From: Tepidisphaera sp.
GTDB taxonomy: Bacteria; Planctomycetota; Phycisphaerae; Phycisphaerales; UBA1924
Direction: 5' to 3'
Assembly (NCBI GenBank): GCA_050916045.1
Contig: CP051526.1
Coordinates: forward strand, 1,344,001-1,408,000
DNA length: 64,000 nt
Shown here: one piece after another, positions 1 through 10,773 of the stretch
Layout of the letters: each line of letters starts with the position of its first letter
Numbering within the stretch: position 1 is the stretch's first letter
Translations under genes and position numbers: made by a program
The notes under the pieces: generated by a model
The model's input: only the letters and a program-made list of their open reading frames with translations
Told to the model about the DNA's origin: nothing
The model's database searches: none

Positions 1-1259
1 GACGCACGCCCCTCCCGAAACTCGATCGTCCCCGAAACCTTCGGCGCACTCTCTCCCGCGCCCCTCGTCACCACCACCCGTGAATCCACGACTCCCGAAG
101 GCCGCGAGAACATGTCCAGACGCTTGTGCACGATCGGCGGCAGGAACGGAAGCAGCCTCGGCGAGGGCGCAAGCTCAAACCCCTTCGTCGCGATCGTCGC
201 TTCAAACGGCGCATCGAGAGTCGTCCCCTTCCACGAAAGCGTCACCTCCGCCGGAAGATCCTCAAGCTTGCCGATCAGCCGCGCCGAAAGCTCCCCGTCC
301 CGCACCCGCAGCATCCCCGACACGCCGCTCAACCTCGGATACCGCTGACCCGCCGGCGCCGCGCTCGACAGATCCTCGAACGGAAGCGTCACCGCCACGT
401 CATGAAGCTCAATCGCCGCGTCGATCCCGCGCACCAGCGACCGCTCCGGAGCGCCCGCACCGGGAATCGCCACCGCGAACGTCGTCCCCGCGATCCGCCC
501 CTCAAGGTTCAGCTTCGCAAAAAGCTCGCGAAGCGGCCCGGGCACGCTCTCCGCCGTCAGCACATCCAGCGTCACCCCGTCCAGCCGACCTTCCACCGCT
601 TGCGGCGTGATCGTCCCCGTCAGCGCCAGCGCCCCGGCCTCCCCCCCAGGCTGCCGCAGATCAAACGTGTAACTTCCCGCAGCCTCCTGCGGCTTCAGAT
701 CCCCCGTCAGATCCATCTTCCGAAGCGTGTGAAACGCGGTCGACGTGTGCTCGCCAAGCTCAAAGTGCCCCCGCGTGATCCGCGCCACCGGCAGATCGCC
801 CCCGCCGCCGCCCGCGATCTTGAACGCCGGCACGTTCGCTCGTCCGTCCTCAAGCGACTGGCTCAGCCGCACCACAAGCCCGTCGACCTCCACGCTCCGA
901 AGCGGAACATCCCCGCCCCAAAGCCCGCGCCACCACGGCGCATGCACATCGATCGTCTCCGCCCGTGCGAATTCCCCCGCCGGACCCGCCACACCCGCCG
1001 CTCGAACCACAAGCCCGCGAACCAGGATCTCCCCGCTCGCCGAAAGCCTGATCGACTCCGCTTCCACCGGCACACCAAGCCGCGACGACAGAATCGACGT
1101 CCCCACCAGCCGCGTCACAAAGCTCCGCGTCACGAGCAGCCACCCGCCGACCGCGAGCCCAGCCACGCACGCAAGCACGATCGCGGCTCGACGACCGCGA
1201 CGGCCCCGCACCTTCCGCTCCGCTGCCGGTTTCACTGATCCAGTCGGCGTTTCGCCCAT
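1..1259 (-). CDS. AsmA/TamB-like membrane-anchored periplasmic protein, partial (runs off left edge)
   Basis: Own translation from ATG 1259: MGETPTGSVKPAAERKVRGRRGRRAAIVLACVAGLAVGGWLLVTRSF... basic stretch + one TM, then beta-strand-like segments; absent from the ORF track, consistent with no stop before the edge. Confidence 0.55.
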   Translation of the reverse strand, partial: MGETPTGSVKPAAERKVRGRRGRRAAIVLACVAGLAVGGWLLVTRSFVTRLVGTSILSSRLGVPVEAESIRLSASGEILVRGLVVRAAGVAGPAGEFARAETIDVHAPWWRGLWGGDVPLRSVEVDGLVVRLSQSLEDGRANVPAFKIAGGGGGDLPVARITRGHFELGEHTSTAFHTLRKMDLTGDLKPQEAAGSYTFDLRQPGGEAGALALTGTITPQAVEGRLDGVTLDVLTAESVPGPLRELFAKLNLEGRIAGTTFAVAIPGAGAPERSLVRGIDAAIELHDVAVTLPFEDLSSAAPAGQRYPRLSGVSGMLRVRDGELSARLIGKLEDLPAEVTLSWKGTTLDAPFEATIATKGFELAPSPRLLPFLPPIVHKRLDMFSRPSGVVDSRVVVTRGAGESAPKVSGTIEFREGRA

Positions 1260-1357
1260 CACTCGTATTGTTGCCCGCACGGCCCGCGAATCCATGAGCC
1301 GCGGATGGGGCCCGCCTCACCCGCCCACACTTCTCCGTGCCGCCGTTCAGCGACCGC

Positions 1358-2365
1358 TCAATCCACGAACACCGAAGCCAGCGTCGGAACGTTCGGCCCG
1401 CTTCGAACATCATAGAAAATCCGCAGGAACGCGTTGGACCCCAGCCCCGGCAGTTCCTCCGGATACACCGGCACGCACGTGTCGTCGTTCTCGTTCACGA
1501 AGATATTGTCCGCGTGGTGCCGCACGCCCCCGATGTCCACCGAGTACACCACCTGCACCGACGTCAGGTCCGGCGAGGTCTCAAACGACACGTGCCCGTC
1601 GTTGTAACCCACGTTCCCGTCCCACTTCTTCGGGCTCCCGTGCGTCAAAAGCGTGTTGGAGTTCGCCCCGCTCGCGCCCGGCACCGGTGCCCAGTTCCCC
1701 GCCGTCCCCTCGTACCGCGGCGCCCGATCCGACACCACGGGCTCCTTCGAGCTCCCCGTCGCCGTCCAGTACCGCATCCGATTGCCAAACGGCGGGTTGT
1801 GCGAATACGAAACGTGCCCCACGGCACCGCCCCCGCGACGCCCCTGAAGCCCGATCCCCGTCGTCCCCGCTTCACCCGGCGCTCCCGCGAACCCCGGATC
1901 CCACATCGCGAGGCTCGGGTTGTTCGCCGCCGTCGGAAGCTTCGTCTGGTACCCCTCGTCCTTCACGATCGCCGGGTTCTTCTCGCTCGGACAGACCGCG
2001 AGCGGCGCCGTGAAGTACTCACCATAAATCAGCACCGAGAAAATGTTCCCGGTGTTGTCCTTCTGGCCCATGCACCCGAGCGGCTCCGTGATCGTCGCGT
2101 CATTCGCGTCCAGCCGGCTCGGAATCGGATAATCGTCCTTGTTGTTCTGCGCCCAGAACGCAAGCCCCTGCACCGACGACCGGATCCCCGCCGAGCATTT
2201 CAGCGACCGCGCCATGTTCCGCGCCGTCCCCAGCGCCGGCAGCGTCAGGCTGATCAGGATCGAGATGATCGCGATCACCACCAGAAGCTCAATCAGCGTG
2301 AATCCCGCCGCCCGACCCAGCCCGCGATCCAGCTCCCGACCCGATCCGACGTTCCGTTGACGCAT
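1358..2365 (-). CDS. prepilin-type N-terminal cleavage/methylation domain protein (DUF1559-like)
   Basis: [15 protein letters not shown]-methylation motif; C-terminal H...GNVGYNDGHV; start moved to ATG 2365 (GAAGGGG upstream). Confidence 0.9.
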   Translation of the reverse strand: MRQRNVGSGRELDRGLGRAAGFTLIELLVVIAIISILISLTLPALGTARNMARSLKCSAGIRSSVQGLAFWAQNNKDDYPIPSRLDANDATITEPLGCMGQKDNTGNIFSVLIYGEYFTAPLAVCPSEKNPAIVKDEGYQTKLPTAANNPSLAMWDPGFAGAPGEAGTTGIGLQGRRGGGAVGHVSYSHNPPFGNRMRYWTATGSSKEPVVSDRAPRYEGTAGNWAPVPGASGANSNTLLTHGSPKKWDGNVGYNDGHVSFETSPDLTSVQVVYSVDIGGVRHHADNIFVNENDDTCVPVYPEELPGLGSNAFLRIFYDVRSGPNVPTLASVFVD

Positions 2366-2574
2366 CTGCGAATCCCCTTCGCCCACCCGCAAACGCCCGA
2401 CCCCGCCGCCATTCCTTCGCCCGCGACCGACCCCTTCCCGGACAGTCTATCGGATTTCCATTCGCACCAAACCCCCTCAGGGTGCGTCTTTCACCCGCTT
2501 TGGGCAATTCCCCGCCGCCGCCCCCCTCCCGAAACACGCTTTCATCCTCCCGAACCCTCCTCCTACCCTCTCAC

Positions 2575-4125
<1,551 letters not shown>

Positions 4126-4142
4126 CCCCCTACGTTCTCCGC

Positions 4143-5144
4143 ATGGCCGACCGCGCGAAAATCTCCGACGTCGCGATCCTCAAGGACCTCAAGGTCGCCC
4201 TCCTTAAGTTCTCCGAGAACGTCCGCACCACCATGTCCGGCGTCGACTCCGAGGTCCAGCGCGTCGGCCAGTGGCTCACCCAGGAACGCCCCGCCCACTG
4301 GAAACACGAGCTCCGCCGCCGCGAAGACAAGGTCCAGCACGCCAAAGCCGCCATCGCCACCAAGCAGCTCGCCCGCGCCCCAGACCCCGTCTCCGTCGCT
4401 CAGGAACGCAAAGACCTCCAGAAAGCCCAGCGCATCCTCGAAGAAGGCCAGCACCGCGCCGCCGCCGTCAAACGCTGGGCCCCCGTCTGGGACCGCGAAG
4501 CCCAGCTCTACAAATCCTCCTGCTCAGGCCTCGGCGAAACCCTCGAACGAGACATCCCCCAAGGCGTCGCACGCCTCGAGCGCATGCTCAAAGCACTCGA
4601 AGACTACCTCCGCCTCACCGGCGTCGAAACCGCCGAACAGCTCGCACAAGGCCTCGATCAAGCCACGACCCCCGCCGAAGATCCGGTCGCCCACCGCTAC
4701 GCCGCACTCCGCACCCACTTCCCCACCGCCGAGCAGCGCGCAAGCCTCGCACCCGCACCCGTCAAGGACCTCCGCTGGGCCGCCGGGCCGATCTCCGAAG
4801 CCGACGCGCTCGCCATCTCGCGACTCTCCATCGCCGGCAACCCGCCCGGCCCCGACGACACCATCGTCCTCGCCTGGCGCACCCTCGAGGTCACCTCGTT
4901 CCTCGCCGCTCGCATCGAAACCCCCGCCGGCGACAGCGGCTGGTACCTCGGCCCCTTCGACCGCCCCGAAGCAACCGGCGGCCTCCGAGCAACCACCGTC
5001 GCAAGCCTCCTGCAGGAACTCCCCTGGCTCCGCCCGGTCCTCACCCTCGCTCCAGGTTCCCTCGTCGTCGCCAAAGCAGGCACCATCGACGCCGTCCTCG
5101 ATCAAAACGACCGCGACGCCTGGGCCTCCCATTCGTGGATGTAG
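4143..5144 (+). CDS. hypothetical protein: N-terminal coiled coil + C-terminal Imm33/DUF2185-like domain
   Basis: Helical N-terminal half; C-terminal DSGWYLGP...SLLQELPWLRPVLTLAPGSLVV resembles the Imm33-like pattern (recalled, not searched). Confidence 0.55.
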   Translation: MADRAKISDVAILKDLKVALLKFSENVRTTMSGVDSEVQRVGQWLTQERPAHWKHELRRREDKVQHAKAAIATKQLARAPDPVSVAQERKDLQKAQRILEEGQHRAAAVKRWAPVWDREAQLYKSSCSGLGETLERDIPQGVARLERMLKALEDYLRLTGVETAEQLAQGLDQATTPAEDPVAHRYAALRTHFPTAEQRASLAPAPVKDLRWAAGPISEADALAISRLSIAGNPPGPDDTIVLAWRTLEVTSFLAARIETPAGDSGWYLGPFDRPEATGGLRATTVASLLQELPWLRPVLTLAPGSLVVAKAGTIDAVLDQNDRDAWASHSWM

Positions 5145-5190
5145 ATGGTGCGCTTCGGACCGCTCTAGGCGGCAGTCTGGCTCCAGTCCC

Positions 5191-6690
5191 TTACGTTCCC
5201 GGCTTCAAGAGCACATCGACGACCACCGGCATGTGATCGCTCCCCTCGCTATCCCCGCGATCCAGGCCCGTCCGCGCCAGCGTCTCATCCGCCAGAATCG
5301 TCGAATCCAGCACGAACGAGTTCACCACCTCGATCCGGCTCGGCGCATAGAGCACATAATCCAGCCGCGACGGCCCAAACTCCGACGACCACTCACGCCA
5401 CGTCACCTTCACATCCCCGCCCAGCGCCACCGGCTCCGCCACCGCAAGATCCCCGCCTCCCTCATCAAGCTCCCGTCGCAGCAGCTCAAGCGGCGTCCGC
5501 GTTCCCACCAGATTGAAATCCCCGCCGATGATGTGCGGCACCGTCGGATCCCACGAAGAAAGCGCCCCCTGGATCGCCCGCGCCTCCCCCTGCCGGATCT
5601 GCTCCTCACGCCCGGTCGCTCCGCCGCAGCACTTGAGGTGCACGCTCGTGAACATGATCGGCGCGCCCGGTGTCATCACCTCCGCCGACGCCATCCGCAC
5701 CAGCCGCGGCTTGTCCGTCCCATCATCCATCCAAAGCGAATCAAGCTTCAGCTCGCCAAGCGGCATCCGGCTCGCCACCGCCGTCCCCGTCTCCGCCGTC
5801 TTCCTCACCTTCCACCCCGGCGCCCCGATCGCACCCGGAGCATGCAACTGAAGCCACGCTTCCACCGACGCCGCATCCCCGTCCGTCCACTCCTGGAAAA
5901 GCACCACGTCCGCGTCCAAAAGCGTCAAAACCCGCCCGAAACTCCCCGGCGACGACACCGGCTTGGCTTTCTCCACGTTGTACGACACCACCCGCACCGC
6001 CCCCTTGGGCTTCTCCGGCACATCCATCGTCGCGACCTTCGGCGTGGTCGCCGCCGGCCCCAGATGAACCTCAAACGGATCCGCCCACCCGTCGATCAAC
6101 CCCTCCTCATCCAGCGTCACGAACATCCCCGTGAACCGCTTGGACTCCCCGCTCCCCTCCGGCCCCGCCGCCCGCAAAAGCTCCCGATCAAACCGCATCT
6201 CGTACCACGTCGATGCATACGTCGGCGACGCGATCACCCCGGACGACCGGTTCGCGATCTTGCTCGTCTTCCCATCATCCCCCACACGCACCACCGACAT
6301 CCCGCGACCCGCTTTCCCATCCGCCCCACGCGGCGAAAACCGCACCTCCGCATCCACGCCAAGCTGCCGGAACACCTTCGCCGTGCTCCGACGCCCCGTC
6401 TCCGCATTCCCATCCACATCCAAATACAAAGCCACAGTCCGCGACGAAGCCTGCAACGCCTGCGGCTCCCCAGGCACCTTAAACCGCAAATACACGTGAT
6501 GCCCGTCCGCTTTCACCACCGACTCCGGCGACCACTCCTCAATCGACCCATCCACCCGCGGCCCAACCTCCGCCGCACAAGAAACCAGCCCCGCCATCAT
6601 CACAATCGCCAACCCCGCAGCCATCCCGCCAGCCAACCCGCCAGCGACGCCACCACCCAAGCCAAGCCGAACGCGATGAACAAGCTTCAT
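5191..6690 (-). CDS. secreted/lipoprotein endonuclease-exonuclease-phosphatase (EEP) family protein
   Basis: VSYNV, LFQE, HLKCC, GGDFN, RLDY, SDHMPV; LVSC lipobox-like signal; start at ATG 6690 (upstream extension is repeat DNA). Confidence 0.85.
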   Translation of the reverse strand: MKLVHRVRLGLGGGVAGGLAGGMAAGLAIVMMAGLVSCAAEVGPRVDGSIEEWSPESVVKADGHHVYLRFKVPGEPQALQASSRTVALYLDVDGNAETGRRSTAKVFRQLGVDAEVRFSPRGADGKAGRGMSVVRVGDDGKTSKIANRSSGVIASPTYASTWYEMRFDRELLRAAGPEGSGESKRFTGMFVTLDEEGLIDGWADPFEVHLGPAATTPKVATMDVPEKPKGAVRVVSYNVEKAKPVSSPGSFGRVLTLLDADVVLFQEWTDGDAASVEAWLQLHAPGAIGAPGWKVRKTAETGTAVASRMPLGELKLDSLWMDDGTDKPRLVRMASAEVMTPGAPIMFTSVHLKCCGGATGREEQIRQGEARAIQGALSSWDPTVPHIIGGDFNLVGTRTPLELLRRELDEGGGDLAVAEPVALGGDVKVTWREWSSEFGPSRLDYVLYAPSRIEVVNSFVLDSTILADETLARTGLDRGDSEGSDHMPVVVDVLLKPGT

Positions 6691-6730
6691 GCGAAACTCC
6701 CGGTTGAAGTCTGAAATCCGTGCCTCGTGC

Positions 6731-6950
6731 TCTGAAATCTGAAATCTGAAATCTGAAATCTGCAATCTGCAATCTGAAATTTGAAATTCAAAATTCAAAA
6801 TCTGGAACTTGAAATTCAAAATTTGAAATTTCACATTTGAAATTTGAAATTCAAAATCTGAAACAGACGACCCGCGTCCCGCCCCCTGAAACTCCCAATC
6901 CAAAATCCAAAATCCAAAATCCAAAATCCAAAATCCAAAACTCAAAACCC
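6731..6950. repeat. AT-rich heptamer tandem arrays (GAAATCT/GAAATTT; CAAAATC)
   Basis: Degenerate 7-mer runs at 6731-6863 and 6895-6950. Confidence 0.9.
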
Positions 6951-6991
6951 AACCCCGCCCCCACCTCAAGCCCGAACTTCCCCATCTCCCC

Positions 6992-7507
6992 TCACTCCAC
7001 CTCAAACACAAACTCCACCTCCACCGGCGCCCCAAGCGGCAGCGCGATGTTCCCCACCGCCGCCCGCGCATGCTGCCCCTTCTCCCCAAACAGCTTCATC
7101 AAAAGCTCGCTCGCCCCGTTCGCCACCTTCGGCTGATCATAAAAACCCGCCCGGCTGCACACAAACACCCCCACACGCACCACCTGCTTCACCTTCGCCA
7201 GGTCACCAACCGCCGACTTCACCACCGCAAGCCCGTTCAGCACGCACCGCTCCGCACACGCCTGCGCCTGCTCCACCGTCACCTCGTCCGGCACCGCCCC
7301 CTTGTGAATCAGCTGCCCGTTCTCCATCGGAATCTGCCCCGCCACAAACACCAAGCTCCCCGTCCGGCGAAACGGCACGTACGCACCCGCTACTTTCGGG
7401 GGTGGCGGCAACGTCAGCCCAAGCGAAGCCAGCACCGCCTCAGGGTGCATCCCGGTGCCGGAGGAGGTCGTGGAGGTGGTGGGGGTGGGGGGCGTGGAGC
7501 TCGTCAT
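6992..7507 (-). CDS. RidA/YjgF family protein
   Basis: YVP...LVFVAGQIP, VANGASELL, HARAAVG...LPLGAPVEVE; GGAG upstream of 7507 (alternative start 7450). Confidence 0.92.
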   Translation of the reverse strand: MTSSTPPTPTTSTTSSGTGMHPEAVLASLGLTLPPPPKVAGAYVPFRRTGSLVFVAGQIPMENGQLIHKGAVPDEVTVEQAQACAERCVLNGLAVVKSAVGDLAKVKQVVRVGVFVCSRAGFYDQPKVANGASELLMKLFGEKGQHARAAVGNIALPLGAPVEVEFVFEVE

Positions 7508-8235
7508 CGCGGGGTTTCTCCGGGCTGAGCGGCTCCGAACGCACCCGGGATCCGCCCGCAGCGCTCCGAAACACGCTCACAACAGGACGGTACGGCGTGT
7601 GTTCGCGCGGCAGCCGCCCAGACCTTGACATTTTTTTGAGTTTTTTCGCCACCGCCGGAACAGATCCCGCCCACCCTGCGGATCTTTCCACTAGAATGTC
7701 CTAAGCGGCGGGCACTCGCCCTCACCGCACCCTTCACTCCTCTTCCTGCCCTTCCCTCGCCTCACCTTCAAAAAACAAAGCGTTCTGCAGAACGTCCGTT
7801 GGAGTTTCGTTCGAGTTCTCTGGTCACGGTTGCTGGCGGCAGGTCACATTCAGGGCGGTACACATAACCGCAGTCTTGAGGGCCCTTCTCGGCCCGTTCT
7901 CATCCCAAGCCCTGAGCGAGACTGACCCACCGACACCTTGGCCGACATTTCGGAGCCAGAGACGGGCTGTGAGCCGCGGGAATGACGACCGTCCGCTCGC
8001 AATCGTGTCCGTGTCGGCGTGGGTCTCGTGAAACGTGGCCTGGTTCGGTTCCGGAAATCTCCGGCAACCGCCCCAAGCACCCGTCCAACCTCCCGGATCG
8101 CTCTCGCCTCACCGCAGAGCCGCTCCGAGAGTCCAAGCGGAAACACGTCAAGGGGAATTTCACATTCGGTCGTCGCCAACTTCAGGGCCCCGGGCATGTC
8201 GCCCGATTCCGGGCCTGCACTAGAGGATGAGTCTC

Positions 8236-9255
8236 ATGTCGAATACGAAGAAGCGTTCCGGTTTCACGCTGATCGAACTGCTGGTGGTGATCGCGATCAT
8301 CGCCCTGCTCATCGGCATCCTTCTGCCGGCCCTGGGTCGCGCTCGCGCCCTCGCCCGTCAGATCAAGTGCTCGGCCAACGTCCGTGGTATCCACCAGGGC
8401 ATGGTCCTGTTCGCCCAGAACAACAACGAGCAGTACCCCATCCCGTCCGTCCTTGACAAGGCCAACAACACGATCCCGGCCGGCGGCTTCAAGGATCAGA
8501 CCCGCTCCATCATCTCCGTCCTGATCTACGGCACCTTCTTCGGCCCCGAAATCTGCGTTTCGCCCGCCGAAGCCAACGGCTCGATCGTCCTCGACAACAA
8601 CTACCAGTACTCCGAGCCCCAGGCCATCTCCGACGCCCAGAAGAAGAAGCTCGCCCTCTGGGACCCTTGGTTCCGCGCGACCCCCGTTGACGGCACGCCC
8701 AACGGCAGCTCCGAGCAGCCCAACGACACCGCCGGCAACTTCTCCTACGCTCACACGCCCCCCTTCGGCAGCCGCCGCAAGGTCTGGAGCAACACCTTCA
8801 ACGCCACGGAAGCCGTCCTCGGCAACCGCGGCCCCTGGTACGTTCTCTCGGGCGGAAACACTTCCTCTTGGCAGCTCGGCACCACGCCCGAGGCCGGATC
8901 GGTCAGCGATCCCAGCCGCCCGGCCAACGCCTCCCTCTCCAACACCCTGCTGATCCACGGCAGCCGGACCAACTGGGAAGGCAACATCGCCTACAACGAC
9001 AACCACGTCTCCTTCGAGAGCCGTCCTGACCCCGAGTCCACCCCCTTCACCTTCTCGACGCTGCCGGCCAACGCCCGCACGCAGTTCGACAACCTCTTCG
9101 TCTGCGAGCTCGACACCGACCGCAGCGCCTTCATCACCGACATCGGCGTGGCGAACTCCAACGGTCTGCTCCAGACCAACAACTACATCCGCTCTTGGGC
9201 CCGCGGCACCGGTGCCGGCAACGGCGTCACCAGCTACACCTGGTTCTGCGACTGA
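8236..9255 (+). CDS. prepilin-type N-terminal cleavage/methylation domain protein (DUF1559-like), paralog of 1358-2365
   Basis: [41 protein letters not shown] upstream. Confidence 0.92.
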   Translation: MSNTKKRSGFTLIELLVVIAIIALLIGILLPALGRARALARQIKCSANVRGIHQGMVLFAQNNNEQYPIPSVLDKANNTIPAGGFKDQTRSIISVLIYGTFFGPEICVSPAEANGSIVLDNNYQYSEPQAISDAQKKKLALWDPWFRATPVDGTPNGSSEQPNDTAGNFSYAHTPPFGSRRKVWSNTFNATEAVLGNRGPWYVLSGGNTSSWQLGTTPEAGSVSDPSRPANASLSNTLLIHGSRTNWEGNIAYNDNHVSFESRPDPESTPFTFSTLPANARTQFDNLFVCELDTDRSAFITDIGVANSNGLLQTNNYIRSWARGTGAGNGVTSYTWFCD

Positions 9256-9291
9256 TCGCGACCCCCTTCAGAATGTGATCTGAACATTCCT

Positions 9292-9328
9292 CAACCCCCG
9301 GTCCAAAAGGCCGGGGGTTGTCGTTTTT
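9292..9328 (+). terminator. intrinsic terminator
   Basis: CAACCCCCGG-N9-CCGGGGGTTG followed by TCGTTTTT. Confidence 0.8.
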
Positions 9329-9335
9329 GCCCCCC

Positions 9336-9830
9336 CACCCACGAGCCCGCAGCGCCAGCAAGGGTCTTCGCAAAGATCGCCTACCCGCACCCACCGCCCC
9401 CGCCGCAAACCCACCCCCCCCCCACGAGCCCGCCGCGCCAGCAAGGGTCTTCGCAAGGATCGCCCCCCCCCGCACCCACTGCCCCCGCCGCAAACCCACC
9501 CCCCGCCCACGAGCCCGCAGCGCCAGTAAGGGTCTTCGCAAAGATCGCCCCCCCCGCACCCCCCGCCCCCGCCGCAAACCCGCCCCCCACCCACGAGCCC
9601 GCAGCGCCAGCAAGGGTCTTCGAAGGGGACGTCCACCCGCACCCACCACCCCCGCAGCAAACCCACCCCCACCCACGAGCCCGCCGCGCCAGCAAGGGGC
9701 TTCGCAAAGATCGCCCCCCCCGCACCCACCGCCCCCGCCGCAAACCCACCCCCCGCCCACGACCCCGCAGCGCCAGCAAGGGTCCTCGCAAAGGTCGCAC
9801 ACCCCACCCCGACCGCCCCCGCCGCACAGG
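9336..9830 (+). repeat. tandem array of six ~84-bp units with REP-like core ACGAGCCCGCAGCGCCAGCAAGGG
   Basis: Cores at 9341, 9424, 9509, 9593, 9675, 9759 (periods 83, 85, 84, 82, 84). Confidence 0.92.
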
Positions 9831-9897
9831 AGTCGGATGCGTCCGCCGACACCTGCCGCCTCTTCCCGCAAAGCCCCCTTCTCAATATCCTAAACGC

Positions 9898-10365
9898 ATG
9901 TCGAACTCGCTGGGTTACCTTCTGACGTGGACGTGCTACGGCACGTGGCTTCACGGAGACGCGAGGAACTCCGTCGACGCGGATCACAATCGGGTTCACA
10001 CGCCGTTTGTGATGCCTGATGCCGATCGTTTCGACCGTTCGGCGGCATCGCTGAAGCATCCGGTGGTGACGCTCACCTCCGAAACTCGCCAACTCTGCGA
10101 GACGGTGATCCGCAAGCACTGCGAGATTCGCGGCTGGCGGCTCCACGCGGTGAACGTTCGATCGAATCATGTGCATGTCGTCGTGACCTCGGACCTCGTT
10201 CCCGAGAGCACCATGGACCAGTTCAAAGCGTGGTGCACGCGAAAGCTCCGAGAGGACCGACACTTTTCGCCGAGACAGCCGATCTGGACGGAGCACGGAA
10301 GCACCCGATGGCTGAACACCGCCGAGAGTCTGGAGCGGGCCGTCCGGTACGTCACCGACCAGTGA
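9898..10365 (+). mobile_element. HUH/Y1 tyrosine transposase-like protein (RAYT/TnpA-REP type)
   Basis: YLLTWTCYGTWLHGD, NHVHVVV (HUH), FKAW, IWT, C-terminal AVRYV (catalytic Tyr); flanked by REP-like arrays; no tnpB. Confidence 0.85.
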
Positions 10366-10450
10366 TCGACGTATGCGGGTTCGGAGGAGGCGATCACACG
10401 GCACCCGGACGTCCGGTGGCGGGGGTGCCAGAATCGGGTCGTGCGACCCC

Positions 10451-10712
10451 CGCGAGGACCCTTGCTGGCGCTGCGTGGGTTGGCAAGGGCGGTTGGGCGT
10501 GTGAGGGGGATCCCTGCGAAGACCCTTTGCTGGCGCTGCGGGCTCGTTGGGCCTCGCGTACGGCGGGGGTGGTTGGGGTGGGATGGGGGATCCCTGCGAG
10601 GACCCTTGCTGGCGCTGCGGGCTCGTTTGGTGCGTTGGTCCTCGGTGAGGCGGGGGCGATCGGCGAGGGTGGGCGACCCCTGCGAAGACCCTTGCTGGCG
10701 CTGCGGGCTCGT
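10451..10712 (-). repeat. four inverted copies of the same REP-like core with divergent spacers
   Basis: CCCTTGCTGGCGCTGCGGGCTCGT-like at 10459, 10523, 10603, 10689. Confidence 0.9.
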
Positions 10713-10722
10713 CAGTGCCACG

Positions 10723-10748
10723 AAAAAACCCCGCTTTCGCGGGGTTTT
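10723..10748. terminator. bidirectional intrinsic terminator
   Basis: AAAAAACCCCGC-TTTC-GCGGGGTTTT. Confidence 0.85.
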
Positions 10749-10773
10749 CAATCGATTTACGCTGCCCTGTGGA

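Noticed and set aside
2385..2405. sigma-54 promoter for the first pilin-like gene
   Set aside because: GG-N10-GC spacing is present, but the -24 element lacks CAC and the implied TSS would fall in the RBS
6691..7089. N-terminal extension of the EEP ORF (FWILDF/FQIS repeats)
   Set aside because: Translation of heptamer repeats overlapping ridA; the signal peptide starts at 6690
7510..8235. RNase P RNA, tmRNA, tRNA or known riboswitch
   Set aside because: No signature motifs recognised on either strand; kept only as an unnamed structured candidate
9898..10365. Classical IS200/IS605 element with TnpB
   Set aside because: No tnpB ORF; multiple REP-like copies instead of single left/right end hairpins
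9336..10712. CRISPR array
   Set aside because: Left spacers are near-identical, the two arms are inverted around an HUH gene, and no cas gene is recognisable
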